IMG/VR virus record: IMGVR_UViG_3300030207_000967
Span: 1 to 33,208 of that record
DNA from: a virus
Taxonomy: Duplodnaviria; Caudoviricetes
Length of the DNA stretch: 33,208 nucleotides
Strand: one strand, 5' to 3'
The notes under the pieces are model-generated. The model made no database searches and was not told where the DNA came from. It saw nothing but the letters and a program-made list of their open reading frames with translations. The position numbers were made by a program, and so were the translations under genes. The first letter of the stretch is position 1, and each line of letters begins with the position of its first letter. This document shows, piece after piece, positions 18,278-25,556 of the stretch.

Positions 18278-19284
18278 CGCGTATAGGGTCCAATACCCGG
18301 ATTGATTTGTGTTGGAGATCCATCACCGTCACCATCCCATGCTCGTTGCATTGAAATAGCAGCTCGTTGTTCTAATAAAGGTATGATATTCGCGTCTACG
18401 CTTGGTGTTTCCATTGCAACTTTAGATGCTAGTCCGTTTACAATAGCTTCTAGCCATCGATTAGGGATCTCAACTTCTTGTTGTAGAGTATCGGTATCCA
18501 TTACGGAACGATGTCTCCAAACGACCAACTGTGTTTTTTCTGTAACTTCATCTGGAGCAGGCCAGACATTTAAAACAGGTTGTGCAACGTTTCTTTGGAA
18601 ATAATAAGTGCTAGGTTGACCCGCAAAAACACTGTTACTCTGATTTACATATTGATCACGGTTTAGAGTTCCCAGTGGTATGACATATGGCTCGTTACCC
18701 AACGTGATAGATGTGTAATTGATTGTGGAAACACCATCCGTTGGAACTATCTTAAAGTATTGATATGCCAATGCGGGAACTATGTCTGTCCATACTATCT
18801 TTCCAGCTTGAGCCAATGCCCCAGTTGAAAGATCAAAGCTGTTTGTTGTTGCTACTGTAGTAAAGTTTACACCGTCAGAACTTACTTGAAATGTTAATGG
18901 TATAGCAGTTGCTGACCATTTTACACCTACTGTGTTAACGATGGTTGCCGAGGAAAAATTTACCAAATAACTCGTATTAGTAGCCGTTACTGTCCCAGTT
19001 GGAAACATCGGTTGACGAAAATTGACATTAAGAACGTCAACTGTACCCAGTGGCAATGTCACCACTGGTTGGTTTTGATAAAATGGAAGGATTATCTTTT
19101 CGATGCACCAACTGGGAACTCGGATATTGGATAGATCATCCAACATAAAAGCCAGAGAGTCTAATGCATAATCTTGCATTTCAGAGGTGATCGCTTGTGC
19201 AGGTAATCTACAACGCCTAAAAGCGTGATCAACCACTTTCAATGAATTAAAGGTTTTTACACCAATATTATTAGAGTATGCCAT
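18274..19284 (-). CDS. Head-tail adaptor / tail tubular protein A-like protein with inserted beta-sandwich
   Basis: 336 aa: 'VDHAFRRC', 'LNRDQYVNQSN...GQPSTYYFQR', 'VWPAPD', 'EIPNRWLEAIVNGLA'. Confidence 0.7.
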   Translation of the reverse strand: MAYSNNIGVKTFNSLKVVDHAFRRCRLPAQAITSEMQDYALDSLAFMLDDLSNIRVPSWCIEKIILPFYQNQPVVTLPLGTVDVLNVNFRQPMFPTGTVTATNTSYLVNFSSATIVNTVGVKWSATAIPLTFQVSSDGVNFTTVATTNSFDLSTGALAQAGKIVWTDIVPALAYQYFKIVPTDGVSTINYTSITLGNEPYVIPLGTLNRDQYVNQSNSVFAGQPSTYYFQRNVAQPVLNVWPAPDEVTEKTQLVVWRHRSVMDTDTLQQEVEIPNRWLEAIVNGLASKVAMETPSVDANIIPLLEQRAAISMQRAWDGDGDGSPTQINPGIGPYTR

Positions 19285-19303
19285 ATCAATCCTAAATTAA
19301 ATT

Positions 19304-19329
19304 ACGGATGCTGATACAGCAAACCCCGT
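19304..19329 (-). terminator. Intergenic hairpin, possible weak terminator or processing site
   Basis: Minus strand ACGGG-GTT-TGCTG-TAT-CAGCA-TCCGT followed by AATTTAATTT, in the 56-nt gap between head-associated and tail genes. Confidence 0.35.
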
Positions 19330-19340
19330 TCAGTTCTGAG

Positions 19341-19718
19341 TTACCAAGACTTTCTTTTAAATTGGGCATCACCGGGCATTGCTTTGAAACCACCTTTTGA
19401 TTTCATGGAACCACCCTTCATCATGCCTTTAGTCTTCATAGAACCACCACGCATCATGCCTTTAGTTTTCATAGAGCCACCACGTTTCATATCCATCGTT
19501 CCGACAGACTGATAAGCTCTACGACCCATAGCTTTTTCCATACCCTTGCTTTCATCTCTACGAGACTTCATGCTCTGGGATTTGGAAGACTCTTTGCCTC
19601 TTCTCATACCGAGAGATTCGTCGAGCCTTGCGTTGTAGCCTTGTTTTTTACCGCCCTTGGCATAGCCTTTGGACTTCATCATTCTTTTGCCGCCTTTGGC
19701 ATAACCTTTAGATTTCAT
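19341..19718 (-). CDS. Small Lys/Met/Gly-rich basic protein built from xxxGG repeats
   Basis: 125 aa. MKSKGYAKGGK twice, then MKRGG/MMRGG/MMKGG in 11-aa repeats. GGAG upstream and ATGA coupling. Confidence 0.75.
   Translation of the reverse strand: MKSKGYAKGGKRMMKSKGYAKGGKKQGYNARLDESLGMRRGKESSKSQSMKSRRDESKGMEKAMGRRAYQSVGTMDMKRGGSMKTKGMMRGGSMKTKGMMKGGSMKSKGGFKAMPGDAQFKRKSW
19395..19490 (-). repeat. Imperfect 33-bp coding tandem repeat (about 3 units; GGSMKTKGMMx)
   Basis: Plus strand: 'catcatgcctttagt(c/t)ttcataga(a/g)ccaccacg' recurs with a 33-nt period. Confidence 0.85.
19647..19718 (-). repeat. Imperfect coding duplication with 39-nt period (MKSKGYAKGGK twice)
   Basis: Seen in the translation. 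The DNA copies differ at synonymous positions. Confidence 0.8.
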
Positions 19719-20272
19719 CGTTTTCTCCGTTTAATATCATATTCAGCTTCGCCCCGAAGTCTACGCATTTCGTCACGAGCATTTCTTTCCCTTGATGCAA
19801 CTCTTTTCATTTGTTGACGCTTGTCGCGTCTTTCCTGAGCATCTTTGGGTCTTCGTGCTCTAACTCTACGCATTTCATCAGCGGCATCGTCCTGAACACC
19901 AATGACACGAGCTTCCTCATCACGAATATTACGGTTGACTCTACCGCCATCAGCTTTATTCATTTTTGAAAAAGTCTTGGCTAGGTTGGCTCTTTTCTGA
20001 GTGGTTGCAGATGGTTTACCAGCACCTTTTTTAGCTGGCTTCCCTTCGGCTAATTTGTTAATCACGCCCTTGGGAATTTTTCCATCCTTCATTTTGACCC
20101 CTTCGCTTTTAACGTAAGAAGTCAACGCACCCGGCTTTTTTACAGCCCCCTGAATCCAGTTTTTGTCGGATGTTGATCCACCTTTTTTCATTCCGCTAGA
20201 ACTTGATTTCGTGAAACCAAACGAAGAATCAAAATGCCAACCGTCTCGAAAGGGATAGCTCGATTTCATCAT
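19715..20272 (-). CDS. Basic (Lys/Arg-rich) probable internal head protein
   Basis: Start reassigned to ATG 20272 (MMKSSY; GGAG upstream, ATGA overlap). The module 'KNWIQGAVKKPGAL...KRANLAKTFSKM' is flanked by MKKGG and KADGG. Confidence 0.72.
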   Translation of the reverse strand: MMKSSYPFRDGWHFDSSFGFTKSSSSGMKKGGSTSDKNWIQGAVKKPGALTSYVKSEGVKMKDGKIPKGVINKLAEGKPAKKGAGKPSATTQKRANLAKTFSKMNKADGGRVNRNIRDEEARVIGVQDDAADEMRRVRARRPKDAQERRDKRQQMKRVASRERNARDEMRRLRGEAEYDIKRRKR

Positions 20273-21042
20273 GCATCTCCCATACCGGAATGGTTTGAAC
20301 AATAATAGTACAATGTCGGTGTTGAGTCGGTGGTATCTATTTGAGTAAATGCACCTGCTGTACCCGCTGTATTATTAATAGTCACCCCATCGGTGTATTC
20401 AGCACCGCCTGCGTGTGTTCCGTTTGGCGTTGTGCTGAATCTTAATGGATGGTTGTTGTTGGTATTATCACTTTGTAAAAAGCGATAACTTCTGTTTGCT
20501 TCAAATGTGAAGTGTGGGCTTACCGCATCATCAACATAAAAAACATTACCAGTTCCATAGGAGTTTGTACCTGCTGCGACTCTTACATTGTAAGACACTA
20601 GACCACTTACGTCCGCTGGTCTGTGATACTCCTTAATTGCATGAATTATTATTGTATAAGTATCACCGTTTGAAGCATTTCTAGTGCTCAAAGCAATATC
20701 ACCAGCCGCATCGACACCTTTAATGCCACTTGCATTGTAGGGTAGATACGGGACGTATGGGATATCATACAGTTCACCTTGTGGAAAACTAGCTATGAGA
20801 GCATCACCAGCTGGACTTGGATCACCAACCCAAAAAAGATCAACACCCATGTCATAAGTCTGACATACGACCTTTGTAATTTTTAGACCATTGCAAGCTA
20901 AACCAAATGAATTTGGAGCGAGTGTGGAAACATCTATCTTGGTAACTTTAGTTTCCCCAGTACCATCTGAAAGATTAGTAAACTTTGCAATGTACTGTCG
21001 CTCTCCATCTTGGAGAACTTGAGTTGTGACTGCATCAGCCAT
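20269..21042 (-). CDS. Virion structural protein with C-terminal cupredoxin-like domain
   Basis: N-terminal 'MADAVTTQVLQDG...KFTNLSDGTGETKVTKIDVS' domain. C-terminal 'NHPLRFS...LYYYCSNHSGMG'. GGAGG SD. Confidence 0.75.
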   Translation of the reverse strand: MADAVTTQVLQDGERQYIAKFTNLSDGTGETKVTKIDVSTLAPNSFGLACNGLKITKVVCQTYDMGVDLFWVGDPSPAGDALIASFPQGELYDIPYVPYLPYNASGIKGVDAAGDIALSTRNASNGDTYTIIIHAIKEYHRPADVSGLVSYNVRVAAGTNSYGTGNVFYVDDAVSPHFTFEANRSYRFLQSDNTNNNHPLRFSTTPNGTHAGGAEYTDGVTINNTAGTAGAFTQIDTTDSTPTLYYYCSNHSGMGDA

Positions 21043-21055
21043 AGTTCACCTCCCT

Positions 21056-21511
21056 TTAAGAGAGATTATTGTTTTGGATATACATCACTGTCAGTGAAGC
21101 AACACCCGATGTACCGTCACCAGTAGCACCCGTAAAATCTGCAAGAACTTCCCTATCGGCTCCAGAAACATTAGTGGCCTCAGTATCTAGCGTTCCATGA
21201 GTTGTACCGACAGATTTAGTATCCACCGCATTCAAAAACGCATTGGGATCTGCCGCAGTTCCTACGGAAATAGTAGCCGCGCCACTATCGTCACCAGCCG
21301 TTGTAACGTTTAATATTACGTCAACAATCTGAGAATTTGCGGGAAGCACTGCAACTCTTTGATTGAGTTGGCTTGCACCAGTGATGTTTGGCATCATTGA
21401 CTGTGCCATTACGACAGAACCAACATTGGCTACGTTAACGCCAAGGTCCGTTCCTGTAGTGGCTTGGATGGTTCCGGCTTTAATCGGACCAGAAAAAGTA
21501 GTTGTACCCAT
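21056..21511 (-). CDS. Putative capsid decoration / minor head protein
   Basis: 151 aa 'MGTTTFSGPIKAG...LPANSQIVDV...LTVMYIQ'. First gene after the MCP, GAGGA SD. Confidence 0.7.
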   Translation of the reverse strand: MGTTTFSGPIKAGTIQATTGTDLGVNVANVGSVVMAQSMMPNITGASQLNQRVAVLPANSQIVDVILNVTTAGDDSGAATISVGTAADPNAFLNAVDTKSVGTTHGTLDTEATNVSGADREVLADFTGATGDGTSGVASLTVMYIQNNNLS

Positions 21512-21514
21512 TTT

Positions 21515-21578
21515 TCCTCACATACGAGTTGCGTGTATTTGTCGGTATGTCGTCAGTCGGGAACTGTCAAATACACAA
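21515..21578 (-). ncRNA. Candidate structured RNA downstream of the major capsid gene (possible Mu-gpT-DE-type motif)
   Basis: 9-bp inverted repeat GTGTATTTG/CAAATACAC (21568-21576 with 21533-21541) encloses a CAGT/ACTG hairpin. The location matches the described Mu-like gpT downstream element. Family match not tested. Confidence 0.55.
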
Positions 21579-21590
21579 GGTTAAATCCCG

Positions 21591-21627
21591 AAAAACCCCT
21601 ACCGCCACAGGGATAGGACGGTAGGGG
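21591..21627 (-). terminator. Rho-independent terminator after the major capsid gene
   Basis: Minus strand CCCCTACCG-(14 nt)-CGGTAGGGG-TTTTT, starting 6 nt after the MCP stop codon. Confidence 0.8.
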
Positions 21628-21633
21628 ATTTCA

Positions 21634-22548
21634 TTAAACTCCGGGTGTTCCGAAGATTGATCTCGGATCTGTCCAACCGAAGTTGTAACGTTCAGTGGCT
21701 TTATAACGCATTGAGTCCGTTTCGAAATCGCCTTCCATTGATTTCTCAAGTCCTCTTCGCATCATCAGCTTCAGACCTTCAGGAGCATCCGTTTGTACCC
21801 ACCAAGCAGTGCTTGAAGTGATACGCGAGATGTTTGCCTGACCGTCACCCAATAGCCCCATTGATTTAACAGGGTTAATGTCGTTATCAGCCGTTCCCGG
21901 TCTCAAAGCAGACTTCAATAGAGTTTCTGCTTGGAAAACGTTTGCTGGTCCGGTAACAATTTGGGTTGGTGTAAGTCTGATTCGCTTACCATTGTTGTCA
22001 ACCGCATTACGGATTTGAATTAGCATTTGTTCCAGAGATGTCTGAGACAGTGCTGCCGCATTCGTCAGTATGTTGCTAAACGTGCCGTTAACAATTGGGT
22101 GTGAAGCACTGTTCAGTGCAACGCCATCACCGCCCGGAAAGGCCGCGTTGAATGCTCTGTTCAGAATATTCGCACCAAGAGTTTCTTTGGTTTCCACCAA
22201 AGATTGAGCGAGATGTTTAGCATACGTTGAACCAATACGAATATGGTCACCGTCCTCTACAAGCACTTTGGTAAGGGCGAATGCAAGCCCGTACACTTTA
22301 TAGAGGTATCTCTGAATGAAAAGCACACCACCGGACTGATATGTCACTGCCATACCGTCTGGTAATTCTGGTGCCGCACCAAAACCATAAAGAACTGGTT
22401 CTTCATGGTACTGTCGAGGAATGCCTTGATACTCTTCGAATACCTCGGCCCACTCATCAGCACGTTGCTCATATATTCCATCGAAGACTTCGTTTAAGAT
22501 AGGTTCAACTATCGAGCGAAAGTCGGTACTACGCATAGGAGTAGCCAT
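21634..22548 (-). CDS. Major capsid protein (HK97 fold, Mu gpT-like family)
   Basis: 304 aa: 'GFGAAP', 'YGLAFALT', 'ANILNRAF...GGDGVAL...HP', 'DFETDSMRYKATERYNFGWTDPRSIFG'. Followed by a terminator. Confidence 0.92.
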   Translation of the reverse strand: MATPMRSTDFRSIVEPILNEVFDGIYEQRADEWAEVFEEYQGIPRQYHEEPVLYGFGAAPELPDGMAVTYQSGGVLFIQRYLYKVYGLAFALTKVLVEDGDHIRIGSTYAKHLAQSLVETKETLGANILNRAFNAAFPGGDGVALNSASHPIVNGTFSNILTNAAALSQTSLEQMLIQIRNAVDNNGKRIRLTPTQIVTGPANVFQAETLLKSALRPGTADNDINPVKSMGLLGDGQANISRITSSTAWWVQTDAPEGLKLMMRRGLEKSMEGDFETDSMRYKATERYNFGWTDPRSIFGTPGV

Positions 22549-22563
22549 AGTTCAATACCCCCC

Positions 22564-23166
22564 TTAAACCGAGTTAACAGCTGCTTTGTATTGATGTTCG
22601 TTTATACGAACAGTAGCAACTACAAAGGCATCAGTTAGTGTACTATCAACGCCACCTGTCGTTCCCTCAAATCCAGTGATTTGAAATTGTGCAGATGTTG
22701 CTTGAATAGCAGTAAGTTTGCAATCAGATAGACCCGTTCTTGTTGATCCACCCGGTGAAGCGACAGTCCAATCACATTGCTCACCAACGGCTGTTTGTAC
22801 CGTTGTTCCGGGTGATGGATTGTCATATTGTACTGCAAACAGAATTTCTGGATCATCATAGACCCAAGCTGTAATTTCTGTCGCCGCAATTCCACTAGGC
22901 CAGTATGGTGACACAGTTGGAACTCCAAGAGCATCAATATATTGGCAACCAGCGAAAATGCCTAAAAGTAAAATACCGTCAGTTGTACCGCTACGAGTGC
23001 CATCGCTTGTACCTAATTGTACGACACCTGTATCGACCAATTTAACGGGATCGCCTTGGAATACATTTTGAGCGTATCCCGAAGCAATAGTATAGGCTTT
23101 CGCTATGATCTGCCCACTGTTGTGATAAGACGCACGAAAGCCAAAAGGTGCAGAGACTGAAGACAT
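22564..23166 (-). CDS. Capsid cement / minor capsid protein
   Basis: 200 aa: 'APFGFR', 'VFQGDPVKL', 'LGIFAGCQY', 'VYDDPEILFAVQ', 'VRINEH'. Immediately upstream of the MCP. Confidence 0.75.
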   Translation of the reverse strand: MSSVSAPFGFRASYHNSGQIIAKAYTIASGYAQNVFQGDPVKLVDTGVVQLGTSDGTRSGTTDGILLLGIFAGCQYIDALGVPTVSPYWPSGIAATEITAWVYDDPEILFAVQYDNPSPGTTVQTAVGEQCDWTVASPGGSTRTGLSDCKLTAIQATSAQFQITGFEGTTGGVDSTLTDAFVVATVRINEHQYKAAVNSV

Positions 23167-23199
23167 TCTGCATTCTCCCTATTGGTTGAAAGTTGAGGA

Positions 23200-23730
23200 T
23201 CACGAGAGGTCAAATTGCGCCTCCCGATACTGACCAATCTCAGCCGTGCCATCACCCTTCTCAACTTTACCGCCAGATGCTTGTGCTTGTTCTTCAATCA
23301 ACGCTGCTGTCTCCGCAAGTTTCATTTCTTCTCGCATGGGAGCATCGTGATGAGCTTCCATCATGTATTTTTCATACAGAGACATTGGGAGTTTGAATGC
23401 TAACATCTCATTGACACCTATGAAGCCATCCCACTCACCCCCTTTAATTGTTGCATACTCCCAACCAGCTATTTCTTCTGGTTTGACAGGCTCGTAGCCT
23501 AGTCGAATGCGATGCTGTACAGTGTCTCTAGGGTTTGTTGTAGTGATCCAACAAAGATGCCAACCCGGAATGTCGGGAAGGTCTGGTAGACTAGATTGGA
23601 AAAATTGTTGCCTGAACATTTCTAACCTCTCATCTTCAGTAACTTCACGATTTTCTGTTACCGGACGATCTTGCATCGCCTTGCTTGTGCGGTTACCACC
23701 AGAGGTTTTCTTAATTCGTTCGTCTGACAT
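23200..23730 (-). CDS. Conserved phage head-module protein of unknown function
   Basis: 176 aa 'LPDIPGWHLCW...RIRLGYEPV...IGVNEMLAFKLP'. AAGGAG SD. Confidence 0.75.
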   Translation of the reverse strand: MSDERIKKTSGGNRTSKAMQDRPVTENREVTEDERLEMFRQQFFQSSLPDLPDIPGWHLCWITTTNPRDTVQHRIRLGYEPVKPEEIAGWEYATIKGGEWDGFIGVNEMLAFKLPMSLYEKYMMEAHHDAPMREEMKLAETAALIEEQAQASGGKVEKGDGTAEIGQYREAQFDLS

Positions 23731-23752
23731 TTAATGTCGCTCCTTTTTCAGC

Positions 23753-23790
23753 GATTTTTGAAATATAAGTTGGATTTTTGAAAAACGCAA
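23753..23790 (-). promoter_or_regulatory. Sigma70-like promoter (TTGCGT-17-TATATT) overlapped by an 11-bp direct repeat
   Basis: -35 at 23785-23790, -10 at 23762-23767, exact 17-nt spacer. TTTCAAAAATC occurs at 23773-23783 and 23753-23763. Confidence 0.6.
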
Positions 23791-23796
23791 GCCTGT

Positions 23797-24786
23797 TTAA
23801 GCCTTGTTCTCTCGATCCCACTCCATATACCGTTTGACATACTTCTGTCGAAGCACCGGATCATCCCAAACACCATGATCCATCATGGCCTGTTTACGCT
23901 CAGGACTGATGTAAACTTCCTTACGAGTAGAAGCAGGTGCGTGCTCTTTTCCAGATCCGACAGCAGGGCCACCACGGGCAACCCGTTTCTTTTTAACTGG
24001 CGTTGGTTCTTCTTGTTCTCCAACTTCTTCAACGAAATCTTCGAACTTTTCAGGCAGTCTTCGCGCTGCTCGTTCCGTTAGCTCATCCCAGTATTCATCC
24101 GTTGCTGGATCGAAACCTTCTTTGGTTAACGATGCATCTATTGCATTTACAATGCTTGATTCTTCGTTTCCACCGTTGATGTCATACCAAGGATTGTCAT
24201 CCATAAACTCCTGAGCGTGAGCTAAAACTCTATCGTCTACTGGAGTTTGTGGTTGTTGTTGTTGCTGCATTTGAACGTTTGCTTGTTGTTTTTGACGTTC
24301 AAGTTGAGCTATTTTTTTCTGAGCTTGATCACGATACGCTAGAGCCTTTTGTACATCCTCACCACTTTGGGTTTCCACGCCTTTAGCAATAACTTGATCC
24401 GCAAGGTTCAATTCCTTTTGAGCTACTGCGATATGTTGATCGATATTACCCATTTCCAAATTTTGGGATTTCTGTTCTTGGGCTGAAACTCTACGCTCAA
24501 GATCTTCGTTTCTTTTCCTGAGAAAATTCAGTTCTACCTTGTCTCGCTTGATCGCAGTATCTCGACGTTGTTTACGCTCCTGTTTTTCTTTACGTCTTCG
24601 CTCACGAATGCTTTCTCGCTCATCCGGTTGTTCGGAAGCAGTTTCAACTTCTTTTGGTTCTTCGGGAGCCGTTTCTGTGATTTTTATTTCTTCGGCCTTT
24701 TCCTCTTGTGGTGCTTCATCTTCAACGATAACAACTTTGTTGTCATCAGGCATTTCGTCACCGTCTTCTTTTCCTAACTCTGCCAT
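23797..24786 (-). CDS. Capsid scaffolding protein
   Basis: 329 aa, acidic N-terminus, long coiled coil, 'A.EFMDDNPWY', C-terminal 'ISPERKQAM...GVW'. Lies between portal and MCP. Confidence 0.75.
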   Translation of the reverse strand: MAELGKEDGDEMPDDNKVVIVEDEAPQEEKAEEIKITETAPEEPKEVETASEQPDERESIRERRRKEKQERKQRRDTAIKRDKVELNFLRKRNEDLERRVSAQEQKSQNLEMGNIDQHIAVAQKELNLADQVIAKGVETQSGEDVQKALAYRDQAQKKIAQLERQKQQANVQMQQQQQPQTPVDDRVLAHAQEFMDDNPWYDINGGNEESSIVNAIDASLTKEGFDPATDEYWDELTERAARRLPEKFEDFVEEVGEQEEPTPVKKKRVARGGPAVGSGKEHAPASTRKEVYISPERKQAMMDHGVWDDPVLRQKYVKRYMEWDRENKA

Positions 24787-24800
24787 TTTCTATCTCCTTG

Positions 24801-25217
24801 TCAGATAAATGCTTTTATTTGAAGTGGGTCACCTGTTACTTTTCCAATGATGTCAAGATCATTAAAAATTACAAACAGTGCTTTTTCGCCATTGGGATCT
24901 TTATCCAGAGGCACTTCCCATCGGTCACCACCGTATTTTGGAACCCTTACAAAATCGCCATCGGTACACCAACTACCTTCAGGCCATAATTCCATTGTGT
25001 TCCTATTTTTAAAAGCCAAAGGTCCAACGTGCATAACTTTACCGATTTGTGTATTCCACTTTTCGGTATCTTTGGTATCTGTCGTTAAGATAATACCCCC
25101 TGCTGTTTTCTTTTTAGCTGTTCTAATTTGAACCAGAACACGGCTACCAAAAGGCTGTATACCTGCGTCAATTTCAGGGAATGCCTCTTTCAATGCGTTC
25201 TCATAAGTTTTTGTCAC
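24801..25217 (-). CDS. groES: Co-chaperonin GroES (Cpn10) family protein
   Basis: 'IQPFGSRVLV', mobile loop 'KKTAGGIIL', 'GKVMHVGP', 'GDFV...KYGG', 'IFNDLDIIG'. Probable GTG start at 25217 with GAGG upstream; the ORF track start is 25232. Confidence 0.9.
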   Translation of the reverse strand: MTKTYENALKEAFPEIDAGIQPFGSRVLVQIRTAKKKTAGGIILTTDTKDTEKWNTQIGKVMHVGPLAFKNRNTMELWPEGSWCTDGDFVRVPKYGGDRWEVPLDKDPNGEKALFVIFNDLDIIGKVTGDPLQIKAFI

Positions 25218-25398
25218 CGAATTTTTCCTCATCTAAAAGTTGCAATAGTACGTTTATTGATGCCTCATAACCAGCCATCATCCCGCAACGATGCCCGTAC
25301 TCGAAAGCATCGCGGTTTTGTGGATGCCTCAAAGCCTCATCAGCAAACTCAAACTGTTTGGCTTTGAGAGCATTCAACAATTTCGTTTCCAAATTCAC
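25201..25398 (-). CDS. Small helical conserved phage protein
   Basis: 65 aa 'DAFEYGHRCGMMAGY', typical of the gene preceding phage groES. GTGA overlap. Confidence 0.7.
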   Translation of the reverse strand: MNLETKLLNALKAKQFEFADEALRHPQNRDAFEYGHRCGMMAGYEASINVLLQLLDEEKFGDKNL

Positions 25399-25556
25399 GC
25401 TTTCATATAACCTTTTGCGTTACCTGATAGCTTGTACTCATAACGGGCTGGCATAATGCCATCAACTTTTCCCGTCGATTCTTTTCTTGGACCTTCGGAT
25501 AGCTTTCTTGGATTTTGTGCTTCCTTCATGTTGTCCATGTTCCGTTTGTAACCCAT
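25395..25556 (-). CDS. Small basic hypothetical protein (53 aa)
   Basis: MGYKRNMDNMKEAQNP...GYMKA. Strong AAGGAG SD 7 nt upstream of ATG 25556. Its stop overlaps the next start. Confidence 0.55.
   Translation of the reverse strand: MGYKRNMDNMKEAQNPRKLSEGPRKESTGKVDGIMPARYEYKLSGNAKGYMKA

Noticed and set aside
19395-19718. Short periodic repeats as a CRISPR array
   Set aside because: In-frame coding repeats with synonymous divergence, no unique spacers and no cas genes.
21540-21570. Perfect TTGACA on the minus strand after the MCP terminator as a promoter
   Set aside because: No acceptable -10 at 16-18 nt (TACCGA at 17). The sequence is better explained as part of an RNA stem.
21628-21660. 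Programmed frameshift or readthrough extension of the MCP
   Set aside because: Tandem TAA TGA stops, no obvious slippery heptamer, and a terminator directly follows.
1227-23297. Short alternative-frame minus-strand ORFs (1227-1427, 5290-5478, 8331-8546, 21567-21749, 22635-22937, 23103-23297)
   Set aside because: Nested in better-supported genes. 21567-21749 also runs through the terminator.
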